A stretch of 64,000 nucleotides of DNA. It comes from Halobacteriales archaeon QH_7_65_31. GTDB taxonomy: Archaea; Halobacteriota; Halobacteria; Halobacteriales; Haloarculaceae. The stretch spans positions 10,850-74,849 of the forward strand of contig PXQU01000005.1 in assembly GCA_003021785.1 (NCBI GenBank), written 5' to 3'. The notes below the pieces were generated by a model, which saw only the letters and a list, made by a program, of their open reading frames with translations, was not told the DNA's origin and ran no database searches. This document shows, one piece after another, positions 1 through 7,219 of the stretch. The position numbers and the translations under genes were made by a program. How positions within the stretch are numbered: position 1 is the stretch's first letter; every line of letters begins with the position of its first letter.

Positions 1-56
1 CCGACTGACGCACACGACGCGACCGATTTTTGCCGCCCGCGACCTGAACGTCGTCC

Positions 57-2192
57 ATGACCGAGCAGACGGATTTCTCCACCTTCGGGGACGGGCCGAA
101 CGACTCACACGACGCGCCGGCCGACACCGCTGTCCCCGAGGACGCGCCCGAGAATCCGTACATCGCGCCCGACGAACTGACGTTCGCGCCCGTCGAGGAG
201 TTCACCGAGGAGACGGCCCGCGAGCAGGCCGACGCGCTGCGGGAGGCGATCCGCTATCACGACCACCGCTACTACGTGGCGGCCGATCCCGTCGTCGGTG
301 ACCGCGTCTACGACGCCCTCTTCGACCGGCTACAGGCGCTCGAAGCCGAGTTCGGCCTCGACGCGAGCGACTCCCCGACCCGGCGCGTCGGCGGCGAACC
401 GGTCGACTCCTTCGACACCGTCGAACACGTCGCGCCCATGCTCTCTATCGACTCCTCCGGAGAGGCGGACGACGTGCGAGAGTTCGCCGACCGGATCGCG
501 CGCGAGGTCGGCTCTCAGCGGTTCGTCTGTGAGCCGAAGTTCGACGGTATCTCTATCGAGGTCGTCTACGAGGACGGCGTCTACGAGCGGGCGGTCACCC
601 GCGGCGACGGCGAGGAGGGCGACGACGTGACCCGGAACGTGCGCACGGTGGCGTCGATTCCGGAGCGACTGCGCGGCGACTATCCGGACTTTCTCGCCGT
701 GCGCGGGGAGCTGTACATGCCACGCGAGGCGTTCACGGCGTACAACCGCGAGCGGACGGAGCGGGGCGACGACGCGTTCGCGAACCCGCGCAACGCGACC
801 GCCGGCACGATTCGCCAGCAGGACCCCGCGGTCGTCGCGGAGCGACCGCTCGACTGCTTCTTCTTCGAGACGCTGGCAGGCGCGGCGTTCGACACCGCGT
901 GGGAGCGTCATACCACGCTCCCCGAGTGGGGGCTTCCCGTCAACGACGAGGTGCGACGCGTCGAGGGTATCGACGGTGCGATCGACTACCGGGACGAGCT
1001 GGTGGAACGGCGCGACGATCTCGACTACGAGACCGACGGAACGGTGATCAAGGTGGACGATCGGGCCGCCTGTGAACAGCTCGGCGCGACGGCTCGCGCC
1101 CCGCGGTGGGCGTACGCCTACAAGTTCCCCGCGCGCTCGGAGGAGACGACGGTTCGCGACATCGCGGTTCAGGTCGGTCGTACCGGTCGACTCACGCCCG
1201 TCGCGCTGTTGGACCCCATCGAAGTCGGCGGTGTGATGGTGTCGCGCGCCTCGCTCCACAACCCCGGTCAGATCGCCGAGCTGGGCGTCGGCGTCGGTGA
1301 CGCGGTCGAACTCGAACGCGCGGGCGACGTGATTCCGTACGTCGATGCCGTGGTCGAGACCGACGATGACGGCCACTACGCGTTTCCCGACCACTGTCCG
1401 GTCTGTGACTCGGCGGTCGAGCGCGACGGCCCCCTCGCCTTCTGTACCGGCGGCGTGGCGTGTGGCGCACAGCTCCAGCGCGCGATCGAGCATTACGCCA
1501 GCCGCGACGCGCTCGATATCGAGGGGCTCGGCGAGAAGTCAGTCGAGCAGCTGATGGAGGCCGGACTCGTCGGCTCGCTGCCGGACCTCTACACGCTCGA
1601 CCGCGACGCTGTCGCCGAACTCGCAGGCTGGGGAGAGACGAGCGCCGACAATCTCGTCTCGGCAATCGAGGCGAGCCGCGATCCGGAGCTCGGCGGGTTC
1701 CTCGTCGCGATCGGGGTCCCGGAGGTCGGGCCGACCGTCGCCCGCGACTTGGCCCGCGCGTTCGGTAGCTTCGACGCTGTGCGGACGGCCAGCCGGGCAG
1801 AGCTGGAGTCGGTCGACGGTATCGGTGAGGTGGTCGCGACGGAGATCAGGGAGTTCTTCAACTCCGCACAGAACGAGCGCGTCATCGACGGGCTCCTCGA
1901 TCACGTCGATCCGCAGGAGGTGGACGTAGAGACCGGGGATGCACTCGCCGGGCTGACGTTCGTGTTCACGGGATCGCTGTCGGGGATGACCCGCGGTGAC
2001 GCACAGGAACTGGTCGAACAGCATGGGGCCAACGCCACCTCGTCGGTGTCGAGCAACACCGACTATCTCGTCGCGGGAGACAGTCCCGGACAGAACAAGA
2101 CGGACGACGCCGAAAGCAACGACGTACCCGTCCTCGACGAGGCGCAGTTCCGGGAGCTACTCACAGAGAACGGGATCGAACCGGAAGCGTAG
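57..2192 (+). CDS. ligA: NAD-dependent DNA ligase (bacterial LigA type, called LigN in haloarchaea)
   Basis: 711-aa ORF. It has the KxDG adenylation motif (CEPKFDGISIEV), a Cys4 zinc finger (CPVCDSAVERDGPLAFCTGGVAC), HhH region and a C-terminal BRCT-like segment (LTFVFTGSLSGMTRGDAQELVEQHGA). The N-terminal extension is acidic. Confidence 0.93.
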   Translation: MTEQTDFSTFGDGPNDSHDAPADTAVPEDAPENPYIAPDELTFAPVEEFTEETAREQADALREAIRYHDHRYYVAADPVVGDRVYDALFDRLQALEAEFGLDASDSPTRRVGGEPVDSFDTVEHVAPMLSIDSSGEADDVREFADRIAREVGSQRFVCEPKFDGISIEVVYEDGVYERAVTRGDGEEGDDVTRNVRTVASIPERLRGDYPDFLAVRGELYMPREAFTAYNRERTERGDDAFANPRNATAGTIRQQDPAVVAERPLDCFFFETLAGAAFDTAWERHTTLPEWGLPVNDEVRRVEGIDGAIDYRDELVERRDDLDYETDGTVIKVDDRAACEQLGATARAPRWAYAYKFPARSEETTVRDIAVQVGRTGRLTPVALLDPIEVGGVMVSRASLHNPGQIAELGVGVGDAVELERAGDVIPYVDAVVETDDDGHYAFPDHCPVCDSAVERDGPLAFCTGGVACGAQLQRAIEHYASRDALDIEGLGEKSVEQLMEAGLVGSLPDLYTLDRDAVAELAGWGETSADNLVSAIEASRDPELGGFLVAIGVPEVGPTVARDLARAFGSFDAVRTASRAELESVDGIGEVVATEIREFFNSAQNERVIDGLLDHVDPQEVDVETGDALAGLTFVFTGSLSGMTRGDAQELVEQHGANATSSVSSNTDYLVAGDSPGQNKTDDAESNDVPVLDEAQFRELLTENGIEPEA

Positions 2193-2248
2193 CGGGACGA
2201 GCAAAACTGAAGCGCAGCGGGAAGAGCAAAACCGAAGCGTAGCGAAAG
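2174..2248 (+). repeat. Three tandem 25-bp units spanning the ligA stop codon
   Basis: Units are gatcgaaccggaagcgtagcgggac, gagcaaaactgaagcgcagcgggaa and gagcaaaaccgaagcgtagcgaaag. Hand alignment gives 19/25 and 20/25 identities. The first unit contains the ligA TAG. Confidence 0.6.
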
Positions 2249-2300
2249 CGGAAACGATCACCAGCGTACGTCGCGCGAGCGGAGCGAGCGCGGCGTTTCA

Positions 2301-2338
2301 CCGAGCCGACGGAAGGGAGGCTCGGCTGCGGTTTTTTT
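2301..2338 (+). terminator. Hairpin plus T7 run downstream of ligA
   Basis: A 7-bp stem ccgagcc/ggctcgg (2301-2307 and 2319-2325) is followed by ttttttt at 2332-2338. T-runs are the usual archaeal termination signal. Confidence 0.45.
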
Positions 2339-2347
2339 AGTGCAGGT

Positions 2348-2392
2348 TTTTGCTGTGAGCGGTGCGCTCCGCGCACCCGAACAGCAAAAAAG
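2348..2392. terminator. Bidirectional terminator-like hairpin flanked by T-runs on both strands
   Basis: tttttgctg (2348-2356) and cagcaaaaa (2384-2392) are inverted repeats around the inner palindrome ggtgcgc-tcc-gcgcacc (2362-2378). The minus strand reads a T6 run immediately after the stop of the 2398-2559 gene. Confidence 0.4.
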
Positions 2393-2397
2393 TGCGT

Positions 2398-2559
2398 TAG
2401 GAGCGATCGATATCCAGCTCCTCCTGCAGCTCTTCGAGCCATCCCTCGTCGTTGAGCTGCTCCAGTCGGTCGCGGAAATGCGACTCACAGAGACCGACTT
2501 TGAGCCGGTCCTTCTCGACCGCGACGGCGGCGTCCGCATCGCAGTAATGACACTGCATA
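2398..2559 (-). CDS. Small zinc-finger-like micro-protein, 53 aa (not in the ORF track)
   Basis: Hand translation gives MQCHYCDADAAVAVEKDRLKVGLCESHFRDRLEQLNDEGWLEELQEELDIDRS. It has CxxC plus CxxH, a haloarchaeal-type acidic composition, an ATG start and a T-run after the stop. Confidence 0.5.
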
Positions 2560-2589
2560 CCGGACGTAGGCGGTCGGTGGTCAAAACGG

Positions 2590-3393
2590 CTACGGGTGAG
2601 ACAGCTCCGTCGCCGCGAGAAAGCGGTCGTAGGCGGCCGGGGTCATTCCCGCCACGCCGAGTGTGTGGTCATGGGCGTCACTCCCACCCGTCGGGAGCAG
2701 ATCGAACTCGGTGATCGCCGTCTCAAGCCGCTCCGTGTCGACATCGGCCCCTTCACCGTAGGGATACCACCGTTCCACGGCGTCCAGCTGCTCACACAGT
2801 TCGAGCGCGGCGTGGGGGTCGTCGTAGCGGAACGGGTGGGCCAACCCGACGACCGCACAGGCGTCGTCGAGGAGTCGGCGACCGGTCTCGAAGCTTGGCA
2901 CGTCTCGGGCGACGAAACACGGGCCACCGTCGCCGATATACTGGTCGAACACGTCGTTCACGGAGAGATCGGTCACGTCGGCGACAGCGCGTGCGATATT
3001 CGGGCGACCGAGACCGGCCTCGGCGTCGATATCGAGCTCGACCCCGAGCTCGCGTTCGAGGTTGTCGATGATCTCGCGACCGCGCTGGATCCGGTCGGCC
3101 TGCAGTCGCTCGGTCTCTCGTTCCAGCTCCATCGTCGGCTCGACGCCGTAGCCGAGTAGATCGACTCGCTGTGTCGGTGTCTCAACGCGGAGTTCGATCC
3201 CGTGAATCAGTCGAACGCCCTTGCGGTACTCCCACGGGGTGTCCAGACCGGGATGGAGCCGGTCGTGATCGGTGACGGCGACGGCGTTGAGATTAGCCGA
3301 TTTCGCGGCGGTCAGCACGTCATCGATGGTCATCTCCCCGTCGGAGTTCGTCGTATGAGTGTGTAGGTCTGCGATGAGCGGCTCGTCGGGCAT
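2590..3393 (-). CDS. PHP-domain metal-dependent phosphoesterase
   Basis: 267 aa. The N-terminal motif ADLHTHTTNSDG and later VTDHD and GGSDAHD are typical of the PHP (polymerase/histidinol phosphatase) family. Confidence 0.85.
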   Translation of the reverse strand: MPDEPLIADLHTHTTNSDGEMTIDDVLTAAKSANLNAVAVTDHDRLHPGLDTPWEYRKGVRLIHGIELRVETPTQRVDLLGYGVEPTMELERETERLQADRIQRGREIIDNLERELGVELDIDAEAGLGRPNIARAVADVTDLSVNDVFDQYIGDGGPCFVARDVPSFETGRRLLDDACAVVGLAHPFRYDDPHAALELCEQLDAVERWYPYGEGADVDTERLETAITEFDLLPTGGSDAHDHTLGVAGMTPAAYDRFLAATELSHP

Positions 3394-3477
3394 ACGATAG
3401 CTACGTCCACCACCACTATACCAGTTCGGCCTTAGATGACCTTAATCACCTAGCAGTATGAGGGGAAAACTATACGT

Positions 3478-3493
3478 AACGTTCATGAACGTT
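3478..3493. promoter_or_regulatory. Perfect 16-bp palindrome upstream of the 3530 gene (candidate operator)
   Basis: AACGTTCATGAACGTT is its own reverse complement. A further half-site cgttcatg follows at about 3500. It lies just downstream of the AT-rich aaaactatacgtaa and 37 nt before the ATG. Confidence 0.3.
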
Positions 3494-3529
3494 CTCGGTC
3501 GTTCATGTGGTATGCGATGCATAGCCGAC

Positions 3530-3799
3530 ATGGACGCGAACTTGGACGCACACAGCTACCCGGCAACCACGAGTGAGCTCATCGAGGCGTACGGCGAGAC
3601 GGAGCTCGAGCTTCAGAACGGAACCGAGACCGTCCGCGAGGCGCTGAGCCGGCTCGGCGAGACGACGTACGAGGACGCCAACGCCGCCAGAACCGCTGTG
3701 TTATCTGCCGTCTCCGAGGACGCGATCGGGCGAAAGGGCTACTCCGACCGCGATGCACCCACTGTCGGCGGGACGAGTCCGCCGCCGCTCAGCCTCTAA
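3530..3799 (+). CDS. Conserved haloarchaeal small acidic protein (DUF5789-like); paralogue of 15236-15547
   Basis: I chose the ATG at 3530 (MDANLDAHSYPATTSELIEAYG...NGTETVREALSRLGE), because the upstream part of the track ORF is basic and Cys-rich. It shares the YPA-[TS]-[TS]-x-EL and N-[GE]-TET-[VL]-x-[ED]-A-[LF]-x-RL pattern with 15236-15547. Confidence 0.7.
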   Translation: MDANLDAHSYPATTSELIEAYGETELELQNGTETVREALSRLGETTYEDANAARTAVLSAVSEDAIGRKGYSDRDAPTVGGTSPPPLSL

Positions 3800-3949
3800 A
3801 CACGTACCGTCTTCGCTGTCGTTTCGACGCCGGTAGCCACGCCCTCGTTTATATATGATCCCGCCACAACCCCGCCGTGACGTAGCAGTCGCGGCGACGG
3901 GCCACGGCGGGAGCACGGCCCACCTGTCGCCGATCGCTCGGGCCGTCTG

Positions 3950-4945
3950 TCAGCTAATCCAGTCGATAGCCGCGTCTATCTCGACCGGCGGTGTGCCGAC
4001 GCGATACCCCTCGGCGCGTCCATCCGGTCGCGCCCGGAACACGACCGTCGGTTCGTGAGCCGTCGTCGGCTGCTCACCGGCGACGGCCGCCCACTCGTCG
4101 TCTCGGAACGACGAACAGTCGACGAACAGCGTCGCCGACGGGTGCGCCGCGAGCTGATCGCGCGTCTTGGCGTCGGCCGTCTCACGAACCGCCGCGACGG
4201 CGGTATCAGCGCGGTCGCGCCGGGTCGGCGGTCGCGGACGCGTCACCTCGACGAGATGCTCGCTCCCGACGAGAAAATCCAGCGCGTGACCGCTGTCGAG
4301 TCCGATCTCAGGCTCGAAGTCGAGCCCGGCGTCGGCCAACAGCTTCGCGACGATGAACTCCCCCATCGTCGCGGCCATCCGACCGACGTCGAGTCCCTCG
4401 CTCGTCCCGAGCTTCGACGCCATCGTGTACCGATTCTCGTCGAGCACGCCGGTCGAGAGGAGCCGCTCGAAGAAGGCGAGCGCCTCCTCGGCGGTCGCGT
4501 CCGGAAACCCGCCGGCGTGGTCAGTGAAGAACCGGCGTGTCGTCTCCCGTCCGTCCTTCGAGAGGAAGACGGGGAGGAAGAACCACGCGACGTGATCGTA
4601 GCTCGCCAGCGTCGGATCGACCAGCTCGAACCGGGCGAGTAGCTCCCGCTGTGCCCACCGTGTGACGGGGTACGGAGCTTCGCTGAACTCCTGTTTGTTC
4701 GTGCGCCACAACGCCTCCGGCGTCGTCGTGTTCCCCAGCCAGTAGCCGCGGTCGTTCCAGCAGAACAGCGCGAAATCCCCGTTATCCATCTCCAACCGAC
4801 GCGTCTCGTAGTTGGCGGGCGGATCGAACCAGGACGGCTCCAGTCGTGCGCCGAACGTCTCGTCCAGCGGGGCGAGCAGGCGCTCGCGCACCCGCTGGTC
4901 TGTCCACGACTCGTTCGACACGCGGAAGCGAAGCGGACCTGCCAC
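3950..4945 (-). CDS. Conserved hypothetical protein, 331 aa (resembles the haloarchaeal DUF5784 family)
   Basis: Full-length acidic ORF with good coding character and an ATG start. No catalytic motif recognised with certainty. The C-terminal third has a helix-E ... ALDFLV ... EVTR pattern weakly reminiscent of a PD-(D/E)xK core. Confidence 0.75.
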   Translation of the reverse strand: MAGPLRFRVSNESWTDQRVRERLLAPLDETFGARLEPSWFDPPANYETRRLEMDNGDFALFCWNDRGYWLGNTTTPEALWRTNKQEFSEAPYPVTRWAQRELLARFELVDPTLASYDHVAWFFLPVFLSKDGRETTRRFFTDHAGGFPDATAEEALAFFERLLSTGVLDENRYTMASKLGTSEGLDVGRMAATMGEFIVAKLLADAGLDFEPEIGLDSGHALDFLVGSEHLVEVTRPRPPTRRDRADTAVAAVRETADAKTRDQLAAHPSATLFVDCSSFRDDEWAAVAGEQPTTAHEPTVVFRARPDGRAEGYRVGTPPVEIDAAIDWIS

Positions 4946-5010
4946 ATTCGCCGCTCGGTCTCAGCGGGTTTACCGTTGTCCCGAGTCTCGTGTGAACAGT
5001 ACCCATACAC

Positions 5011-5018
5011 TTTACTAT
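5011..5018 (+). promoter_or_regulatory. TATA-like box for the 5044 micro-protein gene
   Basis: tttactat is centred about 29 nt upstream of ATG 5044, consistent with a leaderless or short-leader haloarchaeal transcript. Confidence 0.4.
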
Positions 5019-5043
5019 CAGTGGTCGAAACTGTAGTTCATCC

Positions 5044-5217
5044 ATGGGAATGGGAAACTTCGACGAGACCGAACATGAGCGTCGCGAGGCCAAACACTCC
5101 AGCGTCGATGCGACGAGCGACGACACCCGAACGCAGTATCGCGGGAGCGTGAGCTACGACTCCGGCGAGTCGACCGAGGCACTCCTCGACCAGTTCGAGC
5201 AGATACAATCAGAGTGA
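5044..5217 (+). CDS. Small acidic protein, 57 aa (not in the ORF track)
   Basis: Hand translation gives MGMGNFDETEHERREAKHSSVDATSDDTRTQYRGSVSYDSGESTEALLDQFEQIQSE. A TATA box lies at -29. It resembles the conserved haloarchaeal MG/SFGxYDExE micro-protein family. Confidence 0.55.
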   Translation: MGMGNFDETEHERREAKHSSVDATSDDTRTQYRGSVSYDSGESTEALLDQFEQIQSE

Positions 5218-5322
5218 GCCGGCTCTCTCCTCGGGACCGTCACGCGACCCAGCGGCGGCTCTGTCCCCGACCGAGTGGTTTACCACCTGCGGAACGAACC
5301 ACCTGTCGTGAACCCCGCGCGG

Positions 5323-7053
5323 ATGCGCTCCGAGTTCCCTGCCCCCGAGTTCCGCGGCGCACAGGCGCAGGCGCTCGACGACATTCGCGACGCCTTCGAG
5401 GCCGGCAACGACGTCGTTCTCGTTCGCGCCCCCACCGGCTCGGGCAAGTCGTTACTCGCTCGCGCGATCGCCGGCTGTGCACGGACGCCCGGTGAGACCG
5501 ATCACGTCGAATCCTACGGGGCCTACTACACTACTCCGCAGGTCTCTCAGCTCGACGACGTGGCCGGCGACGCGCTGCTCGATGACTTCTCTATCATCCG
5601 CGGGAAGGGGAACTACGACTGTATCCTGCCGGGCGAGACCGACACCCCGGTCACCGAAGCGCCCTGCGCCCGCGAGACGGGCTTCGACTGCCCGGTCAAA
5701 CACCGGTGTCCGTACTTCTCCGATCGGGCGATCGCGTCCAACCGGAACACCGCCGCGATGACGCTGGCGTACTTCATGCAGACGGCCGGCTCCGACGTGT
5801 TCGGAAAGCGCGACGTGGTCGTCATCGACGAGGCCCACGGACTGGCGGAGTGGGCAGAGATGTACGCGACGATCGATCTCTCACCTCATCGCGTTCCAGT
5901 CTGGGACAGCTGTGAGCCGCCGGCAGTGGACGGGCTATCGGACGTGGAGGGGTACGCCGAGCGACTGCTCCGCGTCTGCTCGCGCCGACAGGAGGAGCTT
6001 CGCGCGGAGACGGAGCTCTCCCGCCCCGAGGTAGCCGAACGCGACCGTCTGTCGGAGCTCGTCCGCGAGCTCCAGTGGTTTCTCGACGACGCCGGCGATC
6101 CCGACTCCCCGACGACGTGGGTCATCGACCAGCCCGACGGAGCCGGCTCCGCTATCACGGCGAAGCCGATGGACCCGGCCCGGTATCTCCACCACACCGT
6201 CTGGGACCGAGCTAACAAGTTCGCGCTCCTGTCGGCGACCATCCTCAACAAGGAGGCGTTCTGCGCGAGCGCGGGACTCGACCCTGCTACCGTCGCGCTC
6301 GTCGACGTTCCGCACACCTTCCCGCTGGACCGTCGCCCGCTGTACGACGTGACCTGCGGGAAGATGACCTACGACCGCCGCGAGGAGACGCTGCCGGCGG
6401 TTGCCCGCACCGTCGTCCGGCTGATGCAACGCCACCCCGACGAGAAGGGGCTGATCCACGCCCACAGCTACGCGATCGCCGACGAGCTGCGCACGCGTCT
6501 CGGCGAGCTGGGCGTCGGAAACCGTCTCCGCGGTCACGACGCCGACGACCGAGACGACGCGCTCCGCGGCTGGAAGCGCGAGTCGTCCAACGCCGTCTTC
6601 GTCTCGGTGAAGATGGAGGAAGCCCTCGATCTACACGACGACCTGTGCCGATGGCAGGTCGTCTGCAAGGCCCCGTATCCGAACACGCGTGACTCGCGGG
6701 TCGCTCGCCGGCTCGAAGACGACCAGTGGGCCTGGTATTTCCGGACGGCGCTCCGGACGGTGATACAGGCCGCCGGTCGGGTCGTGCGATCGCCCGACGA
6801 CTACGGCGCGACGTATCTGGCCGACAGCTCGCTGCTCGACGTGTTCGACCGCGCTCGCGCGGACACGCCGGCGTGGTTCCGCGAGCAGGTAGACGCGATG
6901 GAACGGCCCGATCTCCCGGCGTTCGACCCTAGCGCGGCGAACGCGGGCGAGACATCGACACGAGGCTACGACTCTGGCGGAACGAGCAACGGCGGTGATC
7001 GGTCGCCGTCGCTGTCTGACCATCCGCTCGGTGACGTGTGGGAGACCGATTAG
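5323..7053 (+). CDS. Rad3/XPD-related (DinG-family) DNA helicase with Fe-S domain
   Basis: It has Walker A (APTGSGKSLL), a DEAH box (VVIDEAHGL), four Cys between them (CILPG...PCARETGFDCPVKHRCPYF) and C-terminal helicase motifs (QAAGRVVRS). An alternative GTG start lies at 5275. Confidence 0.85.
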   Translation: MRSEFPAPEFRGAQAQALDDIRDAFEAGNDVVLVRAPTGSGKSLLARAIAGCARTPGETDHVESYGAYYTTPQVSQLDDVAGDALLDDFSIIRGKGNYDCILPGETDTPVTEAPCARETGFDCPVKHRCPYFSDRAIASNRNTAAMTLAYFMQTAGSDVFGKRDVVVIDEAHGLAEWAEMYATIDLSPHRVPVWDSCEPPAVDGLSDVEGYAERLLRVCSRRQEELRAETELSRPEVAERDRLSELVRELQWFLDDAGDPDSPTTWVIDQPDGAGSAITAKPMDPARYLHHTVWDRANKFALLSATILNKEAFCASAGLDPATVALVDVPHTFPLDRRPLYDVTCGKMTYDRREETLPAVARTVVRLMQRHPDEKGLIHAHSYAIADELRTRLGELGVGNRLRGHDADDRDDALRGWKRESSNAVFVSVKMEEALDLHDDLCRWQVVCKAPYPNTRDSRVARRLEDDQWAWYFRTALRTVIQAAGRVVRSPDDYGATYLADSSLLDVFDRARADTPAWFREQVDAMERPDLPAFDPSAANAGETSTRGYDSGGTSNGGDRSPSLSDHPLGDVWETD

Positions 7054-7136
7054 AAGACCGAGACGGCGGCGGCCGCGACCGACGAGACGCCCATCAACAG
7101 CACCATGAGGACGGCGATGATCTGGGTTCTGTCCAT
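7050..7136 (-). CDS. Possible 28-aa hydrophobic micro-peptide
   Basis: MDRTQIIAVLMVLLMGVSSVAAAAVSVF would form a single TM helix. It has an ATG start, and its stop overlaps the helicase stop by 4 nt in convergent orientation. The only support is the ORF and its hydrophobicity. Confidence 0.2.
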   Translation of the reverse strand: MDRTQIIAVLMVLLMGVSSVAAAAVSVF

Positions 7137-7188
7137 ACAGACGAGGACGCAGCCAGCCGAATAGATGTGTCGGCTCCGTCGGACGCGG

Positions 7189-7196
7189 AATTTAAA
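7189..7196 (+). promoter_or_regulatory. TATA box for the NMD3-trm5 operon
   Basis: aatttaaa is centred about 27 nt upstream of ATG 7220. Confidence 0.5.
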
Positions 7197-7219
7197 CGCG
7201 AGAACGGTCCAGTTCGGGT

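Noticed and set aside
330-1493. 387-aa minus-strand ORF, and several smaller ORFs, overlapping ligA
   Set aside because: It is Arg/Val/Gly-rich with a basic composition, lies antisense to a gene with clear ligase motifs, and has no recognisable domain. This is the typical long-ORF artefact of GC-rich DNA.
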